From Eledone cirrhosa (lineage: Eukaryota): DNA of 64,000 bases. The position numbers and the translations under genes are program-made. Shown here in pieces: positions 1 to 15,170 of this stretch (position 1 is the stretch's first letter; each line of letters starts with the position of its first letter). A model generated the notes under the pieces. The model was not told where the DNA came from. It saw nothing but the letters and a program-made list of their open reading frames with translations, and searched no databases. Location: positions 159,898,001 to 159,962,000 of the forward strand of contig OZ024741.1 of NCBI GenBank assembly GCA_964016885.1, given 5' to 3'.

Positions 1-3000
1 ATTCCTGAAATTCCTAGAATTTCGAAAATTCCTAAAATTCCTAAATTTCCTAAAATTCATAAAATTCATAAAATTCAAAAGATTCCTAAAATTCCTAAAA
101 TTCCTCAAATTAATAAAATTCCTAAAATTCCTAAAATTCCTAAAATTTCTAAAATTCATAACATTCCTAAAATTCCTAAAATTCCTAAAATTAATGAAAT
201 TCATAGAATTTCGAAAATTCCTAAAATTCCTAAAATTCCTAAAATTCCTAAAATTCCTAAATTTCCTAAAATTCATAAAATACCTAAAATTTCTAAAATT
301 CCTAAAATTCCTAAAATTCAAAAAATTCCTAAAATTCCTAAAGTTCATAAAATTCCTAAAATTCCTAAAATACCTAAAATTTCTAAAATTCCTAAAATTC
401 AAAAAATTCCTAAAATTCCTAAAGTTCATAAAATTCCTAAAATTCCTAAAATTCCTAAAATTCCTAAAATTCCTAACATTTCGAAAATCCCTTAAATTTC
501 TAAAATTCATAAAATTCATAAAATTCATAAAATTCATAAAATTCATAAAATTCATAAAATTCATAAAATTTCTAAAATTCCTAAAATTCCTAAAATTCAT
601 AAAATTCATAGAATTCCTAAAATTCCTAAAATACCTAAAATTTCCCAAATCCCCAAAAAACAAATTAACCGATCCAATGCAAGAGACATAGATAAATATA
701 TATTGATGTAAAATTCCTAAAATTCCTAAAATTCCTCAAATTATCAAAATTGATGAAATTGCTAAAATTGAAATAATTCATGAAATTAAAAAAATCAAAA
801 AAATTCCAATTGACCTTCTATCCAACCCAAGATACATACAGATACATATATATATTGATGTACAGTCGAGTGACATATGTTACATATACTATCAAAATCA
901 AAATCAGAATTCCAAAATTCCAAACTTCCAAAATATCAAAATTACGAAATTCCTAAAATTCCTAAAAATTCCAAAATTCCAAATATTCCCAAAATTCACA
1001 AAATTCCTAAAATTCGTCAAATTCATAAAATTCCGAAAATTCCAAAAATCCAAAAAATCCCAATTGACCTCCTATTCAACGCAAGAGACATACAGATAAT
1101 ATATATTTATGTAAAATTCCTAAAATACCGAAAATTCCAAAAATTCCTAAAATTGCTAAAATTCCTAAAATACACAAATTCCTAAAATTGCTAAAATAAG
1201 AAAAATTCCTAAAATTCCTAAAGTTCCTAAAATTTCTAAAATTCAGAAAATTCAGAAAATTCCTAAAATTGCTAAAATTGCTAAATTCCTAAAATTCCAC
1301 AAATTCCTAAAATTGCTAAAATTCAAAAAATTCATAAAATTCATAAAGTTCCTAATATTTCAAAAATTCATAAAATTCCGCAAATCCCCAAAATCCCAAT
1401 TAACCCATCCAACACAAGAGACATAGAGATATATATATATTTATGTAAAATTACTAAAATTCATAAAATTCCTAAAATTCATAAATTCCTAAAATTCCTA
1501 AAATTCCTAAAATTCCTAAAATTCCAAAGATTGATAAAATTCCTACAGATCCTATAATTTCTAAAATTCATAAAATTCACAAAATCTCCAAAATCACAAT
1601 TAACCTATCCAAAGCAAGAGACATACCAATACATATATATTTATGTAAAATTCCTAAAATTCCTAAAATTCAAAAATTGCTATAATTCAAAAAATTCCTA
1701 AAATTGCTTAAATTGCTAGAATTCCTAAAATTCTTAAAATTCACAAAATTCTAAAAATCCCAATTGACCTCCTATGCAACCCAAGATACATACAGATACA
1801 TATATATATCGATGTACAGTGGAGTGACATATATTACATATACTATCAAAATCAAAACTAAAATTCCTAAAATTAAAAAAATTCCTAATATTGCCAATAT
1901 CCCCAAAATCACAATTGACCTCCTATCCAACGCAAGAGACATACAGATTCATATATATTTATGTAAAATTCCTAGAATTCCTAAAATTCCTAAAATTCCT
2001 GAAATTCCTAGAATTTCGAAAATTCCTAAAATTCCTAAATTTCCTAAAATTCATAAAATTCATAAAATTCAAAAGATTCCTAAAATTCCTAAAATTCCTC
2101 AAATTAATAAAATTCCTAAAATTCCTAAAATTCCTAAAATTTCTAAAATTCATAACATTCCTAAAATTCCTAAAATTCCTAAAATTAATGAAATTCATAG
2201 AATTTCGAAAATTCCTAAAATTCCTAAAATTCCTAAAATTCCTAAAATTCCTAAATTTCCTAAAATTCATAAAATACCTAAAATTTCTAAAATTCCTAAA
2301 ATTCCTAAAATTCAAAAAATTCCTAAAATTCCTAAAGTTCATAAAATTCCTAAAATTCCTAAAATACCTAAAATTTCTAAAATTCCTAAAATTCAAAAAA
2401 TTCCTAAAATTCCTAAAGTTCATAAAATTCCTAAAATTCCTAAAATTCCTAAAATTCCTAACATTTCGAAAATCCCTTAAATTTCTAAAATTCATAAAAT
2501 TCATAAAATTCCTAAAGTTCATAAAATTCCTAAAATTCCTAAAATACCTAAAATTTCTAAAATTCCTAAAATTCAAAAAATTCCTAAAATGCCTAAAGTT
2601 CATAAAATTCCTAAAATTCCTAAAATTCCTAAAATTCCTAACATTTCGAAAATCCCTTAAATTTCTAAAATTCATAAAATTCATAAAATTCATAAAATTC
2701 ATAAAATTCCTAAAATTCCTAAAATTCCTAAAATTTCTAAATGTCATAATATTCCTGAAATTCCTAAAATTCCTAGAATTCCTAAAATTCCTAAAATTCC
2801 TGAAATTCCTAGAATTTCGAAAATTCCTAAAATTCGTAAATTTCCTAAAATTCATAAAATTCATAAAATTCAAAAGATTCCTAAAATTCCTAAAATTCCT
2901 GAAATTCCTAAAATTCCTAAAATTCCTAAAATTCCTAAAATTCCTAAAATTCCTAAAATTTCTAAAATTCATAAAATTCATAAAATTCATAAAATTCCTA

Positions 3001-5084
3001 GAATTCCTAAAATTCCTAAAATAACAAAAATTCATAAAATTCATAAAATTCATAAAATTCATAAAATTCCTAAAATTCCTAAAATTCCTAGAATTCCTAA
3101 AATTCCTAAAATTCCTGAAATTCCTAGAATTTCGAAAATTCCTAAAATTCCTAAATTTCCTAAAATTCATAAAATTCATAAAATTCAAAAGATTCCTAAA
3201 ATTCCTAAAATTCCTCAAATTAATAAAATTCCTAAAATTCCTAAAATTCCTAAAATTTCTAAAATTCATAACATTCCTAAAATTCCTAAAATTCCTAAAA
3301 TTAATGAAATTCATAGAATTTCGAAAATTCCTAAAATTCCTAAAATTCCTAAAATTCCTAAAATTCCTAAATTTCCTAAAATTCATAAAATACCTAAAAT
3401 TTCTAAAATTCCTAAAATTCCTAAAATTCAAAAAATTCCTAAAATTCCTAAAGTTCATAAAATTCCTAAAATTCCTAAAATACCTAAAATTTCTAAAATT
3501 CCTAAAATTCAAAAAATTCCTAAAATTCCTAAAGTTCATAAAATTCCTAAAATTCCTAAAATTCCTAAAATTCCTAAAATTCCTAACATTTCGAAAATCC
3601 CTTAAATTTCTAAAATTCATAAAATTCATAAAATTCATAAAATTCATAAAATTCATAAAATTCATAAAATTCATAAAATTTCTAAAATTCCTAAAATTCC
3701 TAAAATTCATAAAATTCATAGAATTCCTAAAATTCCTAAAATACCTAAAATTTCCCAAATCCCCAAAAAACAAATTAACCGATCCAATGCAAGAGACATA
3801 GATAAATATATATTGATGTAAAATTCCTAAAATTCCTAAAATTCCTCAAATTATCAAAATTGATGAAATTGCTAAAATTGAAATAATTCATGAAATTAAA
3901 AAAATCAAAAAAATTCCAATTGACCTTCTATCCAACCCAAGATACATACAGATACATATATATATTGATGTACAGTCGAGTGACATATGTTACATATACT
4001 ATCAAAATCAAAATCAGAATTCCAAAATTCCAAACTTCCAAAATATCAAAATTACGAAATTCCTAAAATTCCTAAAAATTCCAAAATTCCAAATATTCCC
4101 AAAATTCACAAAATTCCTAAAATTCGTCAAATTCATAAAATTCCGAAAATTCCAAAAATCCAAAAAATCCCAATTGACCTCCTATTCAACGCAAGAGACA
4201 TACAGATAATATATATTTATGTAAAATTCCTAAAATACCGAAAATTCCAAAAATTCCTAAAATTGCTAAAATTCCTAAAATACACAAATTCCTAAAATTG
4301 CTAAAATAAGAAAAATTCCTAAAATTCCTAAAGTTCCTAAAATTTCTAAAATTCAGAAAATTCAGAAAATTCCTAAAATTGCTAAAATTGCTAAATTCCT
4401 AAAATTCCACAAATTCCTAAAATTGCTAAAATTCAAAAAATTCATAAAATTCATAAAGTTCCTAATATTTCAAAAATTCATAAAATTCCGCAAATCCCCA
4501 AAATCCCAATTAACCCATCCAACACAAGAGACATAGAGATATATATATATTTATGTAAAATTACTAAAATTCATAAAATTCCTAAAATTCATAAATTCCT
4601 AAAATTCCTAAAATTCCTAAAATTCCTAAAATTCCAAAGATTGATAAAATTCCTACAGATCCTATAATTTCTAAAATTCATAAAATTCACAAAATCTCCA
4701 AAATCACAATTAACCTATCCAAAGCAAGAGACATACCAATACATATATATTTATGTAAAATTCCTAAAATTCCTAAAATTCAAAAATTGCTATAATTCAA
4801 AAAATTCCTAAAATTGCTTAAATTGCTAGAATTCCTAAAATTCTTAAAATTCACAAAATTCTAAAAATCCCAATTGACCTCCTATGCAACCCAAGATACA
4901 TACAGATACATATATATATCGATGTACAGTGGAGTGACATATATTACATATACTATCAAAATCAAAACTAAAATTCCTAAAATTAAAAAAATTCCTAATA
5001 TTGCCAATATCCCCAAAATCACAATTGACCTCCTATCCAACGCAAGAGACATACAGATTCATATATATTTATGTAAAATTCCTA
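1..5084. repeat. Segmental duplication inside satellite A with a 3110-bp offset (1-~1974 repeated at 3111-~5084)
   Basis: ORFs at 194/3304 and 877/3987 have identical translations, and 1764/4874 share their N-termini, all offset by 3110. Confidence 0.93.
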
Positions 5085-8000
5085 AAATTCCTAAAATTCC
5101 TAAAATTCATAAAATTCATAAAATTCATAAAATTCCACAAATTCATAAAATTCCTAAAATTCATAAAATTCATAAAATTCATAAAATTCATAAAATTTAT
5201 AAAATAACTAAAATTCAAAAAATCTACGAAATCCCAATTAACCTATCCAACGCAATAGACATACAGATACATATATATTGATGTAAAATTCCTAAAATCC
5301 CTATAATTCCTAAAATTACAAAAATTGCTAAAATTCCTAAAATTGCTCAAATTCATAAAATTCAAAAAATCAAGAAAATACCAATTGACGTCCACGCCAA
5401 CCCAAGATACATACAGATACATATATTGATGTACAGTGGAGTGACATATATTATATATACTATCAAAATCAAAACTAAAATTCCTAAAATTCCTAAAATT
5501 CCAAAAATTCATAAAATTGCCAAAATCAAAAAAATCCCAATTGACCTCCTATCCAACGCAAGAGACATACAGATACATATATATTTATGCAAAATTCCTA
5601 GAATTTCTAAAATTCATAAAATTGCTAAAATTCCTAAAATTCCACAAATTCCTAAAATTCCTAAAATTCATAAAATTCAAAAAATCACAAAAATCCCAAT
5701 TAACCTATCCAACGCAAGAGACATACAGATACATATATATTAATGTAAAATTACTAAAATACGTAAAATTCCTAAAATTCCCAAAATTGCTAAAATTGCT
5801 AGAATTCCTAAAATTCCTAAAATTCCACAAATCCCAATTGACTTCCTATCCAACCCAAGATACATACAGATACATATATATATATTGATGTACAGCGGCG
5901 TGACATATATTATATATACTATCAAAATCAAAACTAAAATTCCTATAATTCCTAAAATTCATAAAATTCATAAAATTCATAAAATTTCTAAAATTGCTAA
6001 AATTCCCCAAATTCCTAAGTTTCTTAAAATTCCTAAAATTTCTAAAATACCTAAAATTCCCCAAATCCCCAAAATCCCATTTAACCTATCCAACGCAAGA
6101 GACATACAGATACATATATATTGATGCAAAATTCCTAAAATTCCTAAAATTCCTAACATTACCAAAATTGCTAAAATTGCTAAAATTGCTAAAATTGCTA
6201 AAATACCAAAAATTCAAAAATCACAATTGACCTCCTATCCAACCTAAGATACATACAGATACATATATATGTTGATGTACAGTGGAGTGACATATATTAT
6301 ATATACTATTAAAATCAAAACTAAAATTTCTAAAATTCCTAAAATTCAAAAAATTCATAAAATTGCCAAAATCACAAAAATCCCAATTGACCTCCTATCC
6401 AACGCAAGAGACATACAGTTACACATATATATATTGATGTAAAATTCATAAAATTCCTAAAATTCCCAACATCACCAAAATCCAAATTGACCTCCTATCC
6501 TACGCAAGAGACATACAGATACATATATATATTGATGTACAGTGGAGTGACAAAATGAAAATCAAAATTCAAAAATTCCCAAATTCCTAAAATTCCTAAA
6601 ATTCCAAAAATTCCAAAAATTAAAAATATTCAAAAAATTCATAAAAATCCTAAAATTCATAATATTCATAAAATTCTAAAATTCGCCAAAATCACAATTG
6701 ACCTATCCAACGCGAGAGATATACAGATATATATATATTGATGTAAAATTCCTAAAATTACAAGAATTCATAAAATTCCTAAAATGCCCCAAACTCCTAA
6801 AATTCCTAAAATTCCCAAAATCCCCAAAATGCCAATTGACCTCCTATCCAACGCAAGAGACATACAGATACATATATATATTGATGTACAGTGGAGTGAC
6901 ATATATTACATATACTACCAATATCAAAATCAGAATTCCAAAATTCCTAAATTCCAAAATTCCAAAATTCATAAAATTCCTAAAATTCCTAAAATTCCAA
7001 AAGTCGACAAAATCCCAATTGACCTCCTATACATGGCAAGAGACATACAGATACATATATATATATATATGTAAAATTCCTAAAATTCCTAAAATTCCAA
7101 CATTTTAAAATTACAAAATTCCTAAAATTCCTAAAATTCCCCAAATTCCCCAAATTATAAAATTCATAAAATTCATAAAATTCATAACATTCATAAAATT
7201 CCGAAAATTCCAAACATCCCCAAAATCCCAATTGACCTCCTATCCAACGCAAGAGACATACAGATACATATATAGTTATGTAATTTTTCCTAAAATTCAT
7301 AAAATTGCTAAAATTAATAAAATTCCAAAAATTCATAAAATTCATAAAATTAAGAAAATTTCTAAAATTCCTAAAATTCAAAACATTCCAAAAATCCAAA
7401 TTAACCTATCCAACGCAAGAGACATACAGCTACATATATATTGATGTGAAATTCCTAAAATTCCTAAAATTCGTAAAATTCCAAAAATTGCTAAAATTGC
7501 TAAAATTCATAAAATTACCAAAATCACAAAAATCCCAATTGACCTCCTATCCAACGCAAGGGACATACAGATACATATATATATTGATGTACAGTGGAGT
7601 GACATATATTACATTATACTACCAAAATCAAAATCAGAATTCCCAAATTCCCAAATTCCCAAATTCCCCAAATTCCTAAAATTCCCCAAATCCCCAAAAT
7701 TACAATTGACCTCCTATCCATCGCAAGAGACATACAGATACATATATATATATATATGTAAAATTCCTAAAATTTATAAAATTCCAAAATTTCAAACTTA
7801 CAAAATTCCTAAAATTCCCAAAATTCCCAAAATTCCTAAAATTCCTAAAATTCCTAAAATTCAGAAAATTCAGAAAATTCCAAAGATCCCAAACATCCCA
7901 ATTGACCTCCTATCCAACGCAAGAGACGTACAGATACATATATATTTATGTAAATTTTCCTAAAATTCCTAAAATTCCTAAAATTGCTAATATTCCTAAA

Positions 8001-9383
8001 ATTCCAAAAATTCATGAAATTCATAAAATTCCAAAAATTCATAAAATTCATAAAATTCATAAAATTTCTAAAATTCCTAATATTCCAAAAATTCCAAAAA
8101 TACAAATTAACCTATCCAACGCAAGAGACATACATATAAATATATATTGATGTAAAATTCCTAAAATTCCTAAAATTCCCCAAATTGCTAAAATTGCTAA
8201 AATTCCAAATATTCATAAAATTGCCATAATCCCAAAAATCCCAATTGCCCTCCTATCCAACGCAAGAGACATACAGATACACATATATAGATTGATGTAA
8301 AATTCCTAAAATTCCTAAATTTGCCCAAATCACAAAAATGCAAATTTACCTCCTATCCAACGCAAGAGACATACAGATAATATATATATTGATGTACAGT
8401 GGAGTGACATATACTACCAAAATCAAAATCAGACTTCCAAAGTTCCAAAATTCCAAAATTCCTAAAATTCCTAAAATTCCTAAAATTCCTAAAATTCAAC
8501 AAATCCCCCAAATCCCAATTGACCTCCTATCCACCGCAAGAGACATACAGATACATAAATATATGTAAAATTCCTAAAATTCCAAAAATTCATAAAATTG
8601 CCAAATCCCGAAAATCCTAATTGACCTCCTATCCAACGCAAGAGACATACAGATACACATATTGATGTAAAACTCCTAAAATTCCTAAAATTCCTAAAAT
8701 TCCTAAAATTCCTAAAATTCCTAAAATTCAAAAATCCAAAAAATACCAATTGACCTCCTATCCAACGCAATAGATATATAGATACATATATATATTGATG
8801 TACAAAATCAAAATCAAAATTACAAAATTCCTAAAATTGCTAAAATTCAAAAAATTCCCAAAATACACAAAATTCCAAAAATTCCTAAAATTCCTAAAAT
8901 TCCTAATATTCATAAAATTCAAAAATTCCACAAAATCCCAATTGACTTATCCAACGCGAGATATATACAGATACATATATATATAGATGTAAAATTCCTA
9001 AAATTCATAATATTCCTAAAATTCCTAAAATTCCCAAAATTTCTAAAATTCCTAAAATTCCTAAAATTCCCAAAATTCACAAAATCCCAAGTCACCTCCT
9101 TTCCAACGCAAGAGACATACATATACATATATATTGATGTAAAATTCCTAAAATTCATAAAATTACCAAAATCGCCAAAATCTCAATTGACCTATGCAAC
9201 GCAAGAGACACACAGATACATATGTATTGATGTAAAATTCCTAAAATTCCTAAAATTCCTAAAATTAAAAAAATTAAAAAAATTCCTAAAATTCACAAAC
9301 TCCCAAAAATCCCAATTGACCTCCTATCCAACGCAAGAGACATACAGATACATATATATTGATGTAAAATTCCTAAAATTCCT
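1..9383. repeat. Satellite A: 9-bp AAAATTCCT/AAAATTCAT tandem array interrupted repeatedly by a conserved ~50-bp cassette (CAATTGACCTCCTATCCAACGCAAGAGACATACAGATACATATATATTGATGTA)
   Basis: 9-bp period is directly visible and explains the KFL/IPK/FRN ORFs. Cassette copies at e.g. 808, 1061, 1761, 1912, 5540, 6833, 7230, 8515, 9313. Confidence 0.97.
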
Positions 9384-12300
9384 TTTTTTATTGCGGGGAT
9401 CCATGTTTTATTGGGTGGGTCCGTTTCTTATTTGGAGGGATCCATTTTTTATTTGGGTGATCCATTTTTTATTTGGGTGATCCATTTTTTATTTGGGTGG
9501 TCCATTTTTTATTTGAGTAATCCATTTTTTATTTGGGCTATCCATTTTTTATTTGGGTGATCCATTTTTTATTTGGGTGATCTATTTTTTATTTGGGGGA
9601 TCCATTTTTATTTGGGTGATCCATTTTTTATTTGGGTAATCCATTTTTTATTTGGGTGATCCATTTTTTATTTGGGTGATCCATTTTTTATTTGGGTGGC
9701 TCATTTTTTTATCGGGGTATTCTGTTTTTATTGAGGCGATCCATGTTTTATTAGGTGGGGTCCGTTTTTTATTTGGAGGTATCCATTTTTTATTTGGGTG
9801 ATCCATTTTATTATCGGGGTATTCCGTTTTTATTCAGGGGATCCATGCTTTATTGGATGGTGTCCGTTTTTTAATTGGAGGGTTCCATTTTTTATTTGGA
9901 TGATCCATTTTTTATTTGGGTGATCCATTTGTTATTTGGGTGATCAATATTTTATTTGGGTGATCCAATTTTTTATCGGGGTGTTCCGTTTTTTATTGAG
10001 GAGATCCATGTTTTATTTGGAGGGTTTTTTTATTTGGGTGATCCATTTTTTATTTGGTTGATTCAATTTTTATGTGGGTGATCCATTATGTATTTGGGTG
10101 ATCCATTTTTTTATCGTGGTATTCCGTTTTTTATCGAGGAGAACCATGTTTTATTGGGTGGGGCCTGGTTTATTATTTGGAGGGACCCATTTTTATTTGG
10201 CTGATCCAGTTTTTATTTGGGTGATCCATTTTTTATTTGTGTGAATCATTTTTTATTTGGGTGATCCATTATTTCTTTGGTTGATTCAATTTTTATTTGG
10301 GTGATCCATTTTTTTATCGTCGTATTCCGTTTTTATCGACGATATCCATGTTTTATTGGGTGGGGTCCGGTTTTTTATTTGGAGGGACCCATTTTTATTT
10401 GGGTGATCCATTTTTTATTTGGGTGATCCATTTTTTATTTGGGTGATCCATTTTTATTTGGCGGATCCATTTTATATTTGGGTGATCCATGTTTTATTTG
10501 GGTGATCCATTTTTGTATCGGGGTATTCGTTTTTTATTGCGGGGATCCATGTTTTATTGAGTGGTGTCTGTTTTTTTTTTAGAGGGATCCATTTTTTATT
10601 TGGGTGATCCATTTTTTATTTGGGTGATCCATTTTTTATCGAGGTATTCCGTTTTTTATTGAGGGGATCCCATGTTTTATTGGGTTGGTTCCGTTTTTAT
10701 TTGGAGGGATCCATTTTTTCTTTGGGTGATTCATTTTTTGTTTGTGTGATCCATTTTTTATTTGGGTGATCCATTTTTTATTTGGTGTTCCATTTTTTAT
10801 TCCGGGTATCCATTTTTTATTTGGGTGATCCATTTTTTATTTGGGTGATCCATTTTTTATCAGGGTATTTCTTTTTTTATTTTAGCGGATCCATGTATTA
10901 TTGGGTGGTCTCCGTCTTTTATTTGGAGGGATCCATTTTTTATTTGGGTGATCCATTTTTTTTATCGGGTATTCCGTTCTTTATTGAGGCGATCCATGTT
11001 TTATTTGGAGGGATCTATTTTTTATTTGGGTGATCCATTTATTATTGGGGTGATCAATTGTTTATTTGGGTGAACCATTTTTTATTTGGATTATCCATTT
11101 TATATTTGGGGGATCCATTTTTGTATCGGGGTATTCGTTTTTTATTGCGGGGATCCATGTTTTATTGAGTTGGGTCTGTTTTTTATTTAAAGGGATCCAT
11201 TTTTTATTTGGGTGATCCATTTTTTATTTGGGTGATCCATTTTTTATCGGGGTATTCCGTTTTTTATTGAGGGGATCCATGTTTTATTGGGTTGGTTCCG
11301 TTTTTATTTGGCGGGATCCATTTTTTCTTTGGGTGATTCATTTTTTGTTTGGGTGATCCATTTTTTATTTGGGTGATCCATTTTTTATTTGGGTGTTCCA
11401 TATTTTATTTGGGTAATCCATTTTTTATTCCGGGTATCCATTTTTATTTGGGTGATCCATTTTTTATTTGGGTGATCCATTTTTTATTTGGGTGATCCAT
11501 TTTTTATTTGGGTGATCCATTTTTGTATCGGGGTATTCGTTTTTTATTGCGGGGATCCATGTTTTATTGAGTGGGGTCTGTTTTTTATTTAAAGGGATCC
11601 ATTTTTTATTTGGGTGATCCATTTTTTATTTGGTTATCCATTTTTTTATCGGGGTATTCCGTTTTTTATTGAGGGGATCCATGTTTTATTGGGTGGGTTC
11701 CGTTTTTATTTGGAGAGATCCATTTTTACTTTGGGTGATCCATTTTTTGTTTGTGTGATCCATTTTTTATTTGGGTGATCCATTTTTTATTTGGGTAATC
11801 CATTTTTTATTCCGGGTATCCATTTTTTATTTGGGTGATCCATTTTTTATTTGGGTGATCCATTTTTTATCGGGGTATTCCGTTTTTTATTGAAGGGATC
11901 CATGTTTTATTTGGAGGGATCTATTTTTTATTTGGGTCATCCATTTTTTATTTTGGTGATCCATTCTTTATTTGGGTGATCCATTTTTTATTTGGGTGAT
12001 CCATTTTTATTTGTGTGATTCATTTTATACTTGGGTGATCCATTTTTTTATCGAGGTATTCCGTTTTTTTATTGAGGGATCCATGTTTTATTGGGTGGTG
12101 TCCGTTTTTTATTTGGAGGGATCCATTTTTTATTTGGGTGATCCATTTTTCATTTGGGTGATCCATTTTTTATTTGGGTGATCCATTTTTTATCTGGGTG
12201 ATCCATTTTTTATTTGGGCGATCCATTTTTTATTTGGGTGATACATTTTTTATTTGGGTGATCCATTTTTTATTTGGGTGATCCAATTTTTATTGGGGTA

Positions 12301-12548
12301 TTCCGTTTTTTATTGAGGGGATCCATGTTTTATTTGGAGGGATCCTTTATTTATTTGGGTGATCCAATTTTTATCGGGGTATTCCGTTTTTTATTGAGGG
12401 GATCCATGTTTTATTTGGAGGGATCCTTTTTTTATTTGGGTGATCCATTTTTTATCGGGCTATTCCGTTTTTTATTGAGGGGATCCATGTTTTATTGGGT
12501 GGGGTTCGTTTTTTATTTGGAGGGATCTATTTTTGTGTTGGGGGTCCA
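9384..12548. repeat. Satellite B: ~20-bp TTTGGGTGATCCATTTTTTA array with recurring variant monomers (higher-order repeat)
   Basis: 20-bp period. An ordered variant series recurs: TCGGGGTATTCCG / TTGAGGGGATCCATG / TTGGGTGGGGTCCG / TTTGGAGGGATCC. Confidence 0.97.
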
Positions 12549-12873
12549 CCACTTTCAAATTCAATAATTCTAGCATAAGAATTACACAAGATAACTTGCT
12601 CCGAATTAATTTCCTTAATTATTGTTCTGATGAAGGTACTTTATCCCCGAAATATAAGGACTATTAAAGTACTCCAAAGTACTGCCGACATCTTTATTTT
12701 GATTTTATTTTTAACATTTAATGTCCCATTTGCATTGTTGTAACCTTTAATAAATACTACTGTGTATACACATGCGCACGCACACATACACACATACCTT
12801 CCTCTCACCCTCTCTCTCTCCCCCTCTCTCTCTCTATATATATAGTTATGTAATAAACAACATGAGGCAATTA

Positions 12874-12934
12874 TTTCATTTACCAGTGGTTTCTTGAAAG
12901 CAAACAAATTTTGCTTTCAATCATCAGAATGAAA
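12874..12934 (-). ncRNA. Type I hammerhead ribozyme motif
   Basis: Reverse complement of the 12999-13059 motif. Confidence 0.85.
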
Positions 12935-12998
12935 AAATCCTGGTGTATTTATTGACATTGGATTTTAAAATCCAATATCAATAAATACACCAGGAATT

Positions 12999-13059
12999 TT
13001 TCATTCTGATGATTGAAAGCAAAATTTGTTTGCTTTCAAGAAACCACTGGTAAATGAAA
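12999..13059 (+). ncRNA. Type I hammerhead ribozyme motif
   Basis: tttcatt-CTGATGA-ttgaaagcaaa/tttgctttcaa-GAAAC-cactg-GTA-aatgaaa; helices I, II and III all pair. Confidence 0.9.
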
Positions 13060-13151
13060 TAATTGCCTTATGTTGTTTATTACATAACTATTAAGCTCTG
13101 TAACCTACATAGAGCACTCTTTTTTCCTGGACCTTTCCGACAGAATTACTT

Positions 13152-13214
<63 letters not shown>

Positions 13215-13728
13215 AATTAGTATATCTACCAACATATATATACAGATGCATACCTATGCTAGCAAATATATAGGTTTTGTCTTAGTAACTTTGTGGTTCA
13301 ATGCAAAGGGATGCAGAACAGTTATATGAAAGACGTAAAATAAGAAAATTATAAAAATTAACTTACTTACTCCAACTAATTAGTTTCTGAAAGGGAATAA
13401 ACATGGTTTCCGAATGGAAAGCATGGAGAAACCTTTCGTCATCAGGAAGTCTGTTCTCAGCTAAGTTACAATGCGATGCGTGGACACAGGGAACTTATAC
13501 AAAAATAATTCAGTGGATGGAAAAAGCAAGCGTGGACTAAATTCCAAGACATTGAAAAAATCACTGCCTACTTGGTCGGTGGCAAATTCAAAAGAATCAA
13601 TCACGTGACATCGAAGTTAGTCAGTGAGGAGTGGGGTGTTAAAAAGACAGTGGCCGAGCTATGAACTATAGTAGCAGTTTTGGCAAAATTTTGCTTAACA
13701 AAATAATTTGGAGATAATTATAAAGAAT

Positions 13729-14283
<555 letters not shown>

Positions 14284-15170
14284 ATGACTATAGCATTCGG
14301 GTTACTCCAGTCCTCCCGGGCTACTCCGACTCGTCTCATGGAGACCAAATGTCAATTCCATCAAACCAACAAGAAATACCCCAGAATATTAAATTCTTTG
14401 TTGAAGTGTAACATTTGTTTACACACAAAGGACTGAATCGGGCTGTGTACAATTACGAAAACAATAATCCCTAATAGTTTTAATTCACTGTTCTTCAACA
14501 AATCTAGTATTCTACCAGGGTTCCAAGAACTAAATACAAACTATCGAAACGTTGTTTTTGTGTTGGTAATATATATTTAGAGCAACACATTCTCGCCGTT
14601 CCCTTCTTCAAGTATGGCTGTTATGATGATTTGAAATTATCATAGCAATATAGAGAAATTATTTGTGCAATTATATAAAGTTGTTACTTCACTTCTACAT
14701 GGGTGTTATTTTCGACCAGTGCTGGTGTAGTTTGATACCGAACCATTCAATATGTGAACATATGCATACATACATACATGATGGCTGCAGACTCTGCTAC
14801 GAGTATTGCAATCGCTTGTAACAGATCCTGAACAAGCAATGCCTGTGCTTTGAAGGTTTTTTTGCATTCGACCAATCCCACTCTCTAAACTTGTCAACAT
14901 CATCGGATGCTTCAGAAGCCGCAGGTTTTTTTCAGTTTCCCTCTCTTAGAAAGGTGTTGTGACAACAACTGGGGGCCATACATACATGCACATACATATT
15001 TATATATTAGTGTATATATAAATGTGTGTATATATCTATATATGCATGTATATATGTCGACGCATACACACACACATGTATATATATTTTTTTCCCGAGA
15101 AAAACAATAAAACAAACTTTTAAGATTTTGTGTATTTTTTGCTTTGACTGTATGCCCATATAATGACTGT

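Larger units (their letters stand above)
12843..13152 (+). mobile_element. Fold-back mini-element: ~248-bp palindrome of a PLE-type terminal repeat plus a one-sided ~60-bp tail
   Basis: Near-perfect palindrome centred at 12966/12967 with one hammerhead per arm. Same family as the ends of 20192-23880. Confidence 0.88.

Noticed and set aside
660-9383. CRISPR-like pattern of conserved ~50-bp repeats with variable spacers
   Set aside because: Spacers are themselves 9-mer satellite of variable length, there are no cas genes, and the context is eukaryotic.
1-9383. Telomeric repeat (minus strand TTTTAGGAA contains TTAGG)
   Set aside because: A 9-bp degenerate unit with cassettes; not a TTAGGG or TTAGG array.
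1-12567. Long ORFs (KFL/IPK/FRN repeats up to 604 aa; GDPFFIWVIHF repeats)
   Set aside because: By-products of 9-bp and 20-bp tandem repeats, open in several frames and on both strands.
12620-12670. CTGATGA...CCCCGAAATATA hammerhead-like motif
   Set aside because: Helices I and II pair poorly; probably a decayed relative of 49575-49640, so not called.
13395-13452. Minus-strand CTGATGA-cgaaagg...ccattcg-GAAACcatGTT
   Set aside because: Core and helix II are plausible, but I could not form helix I.
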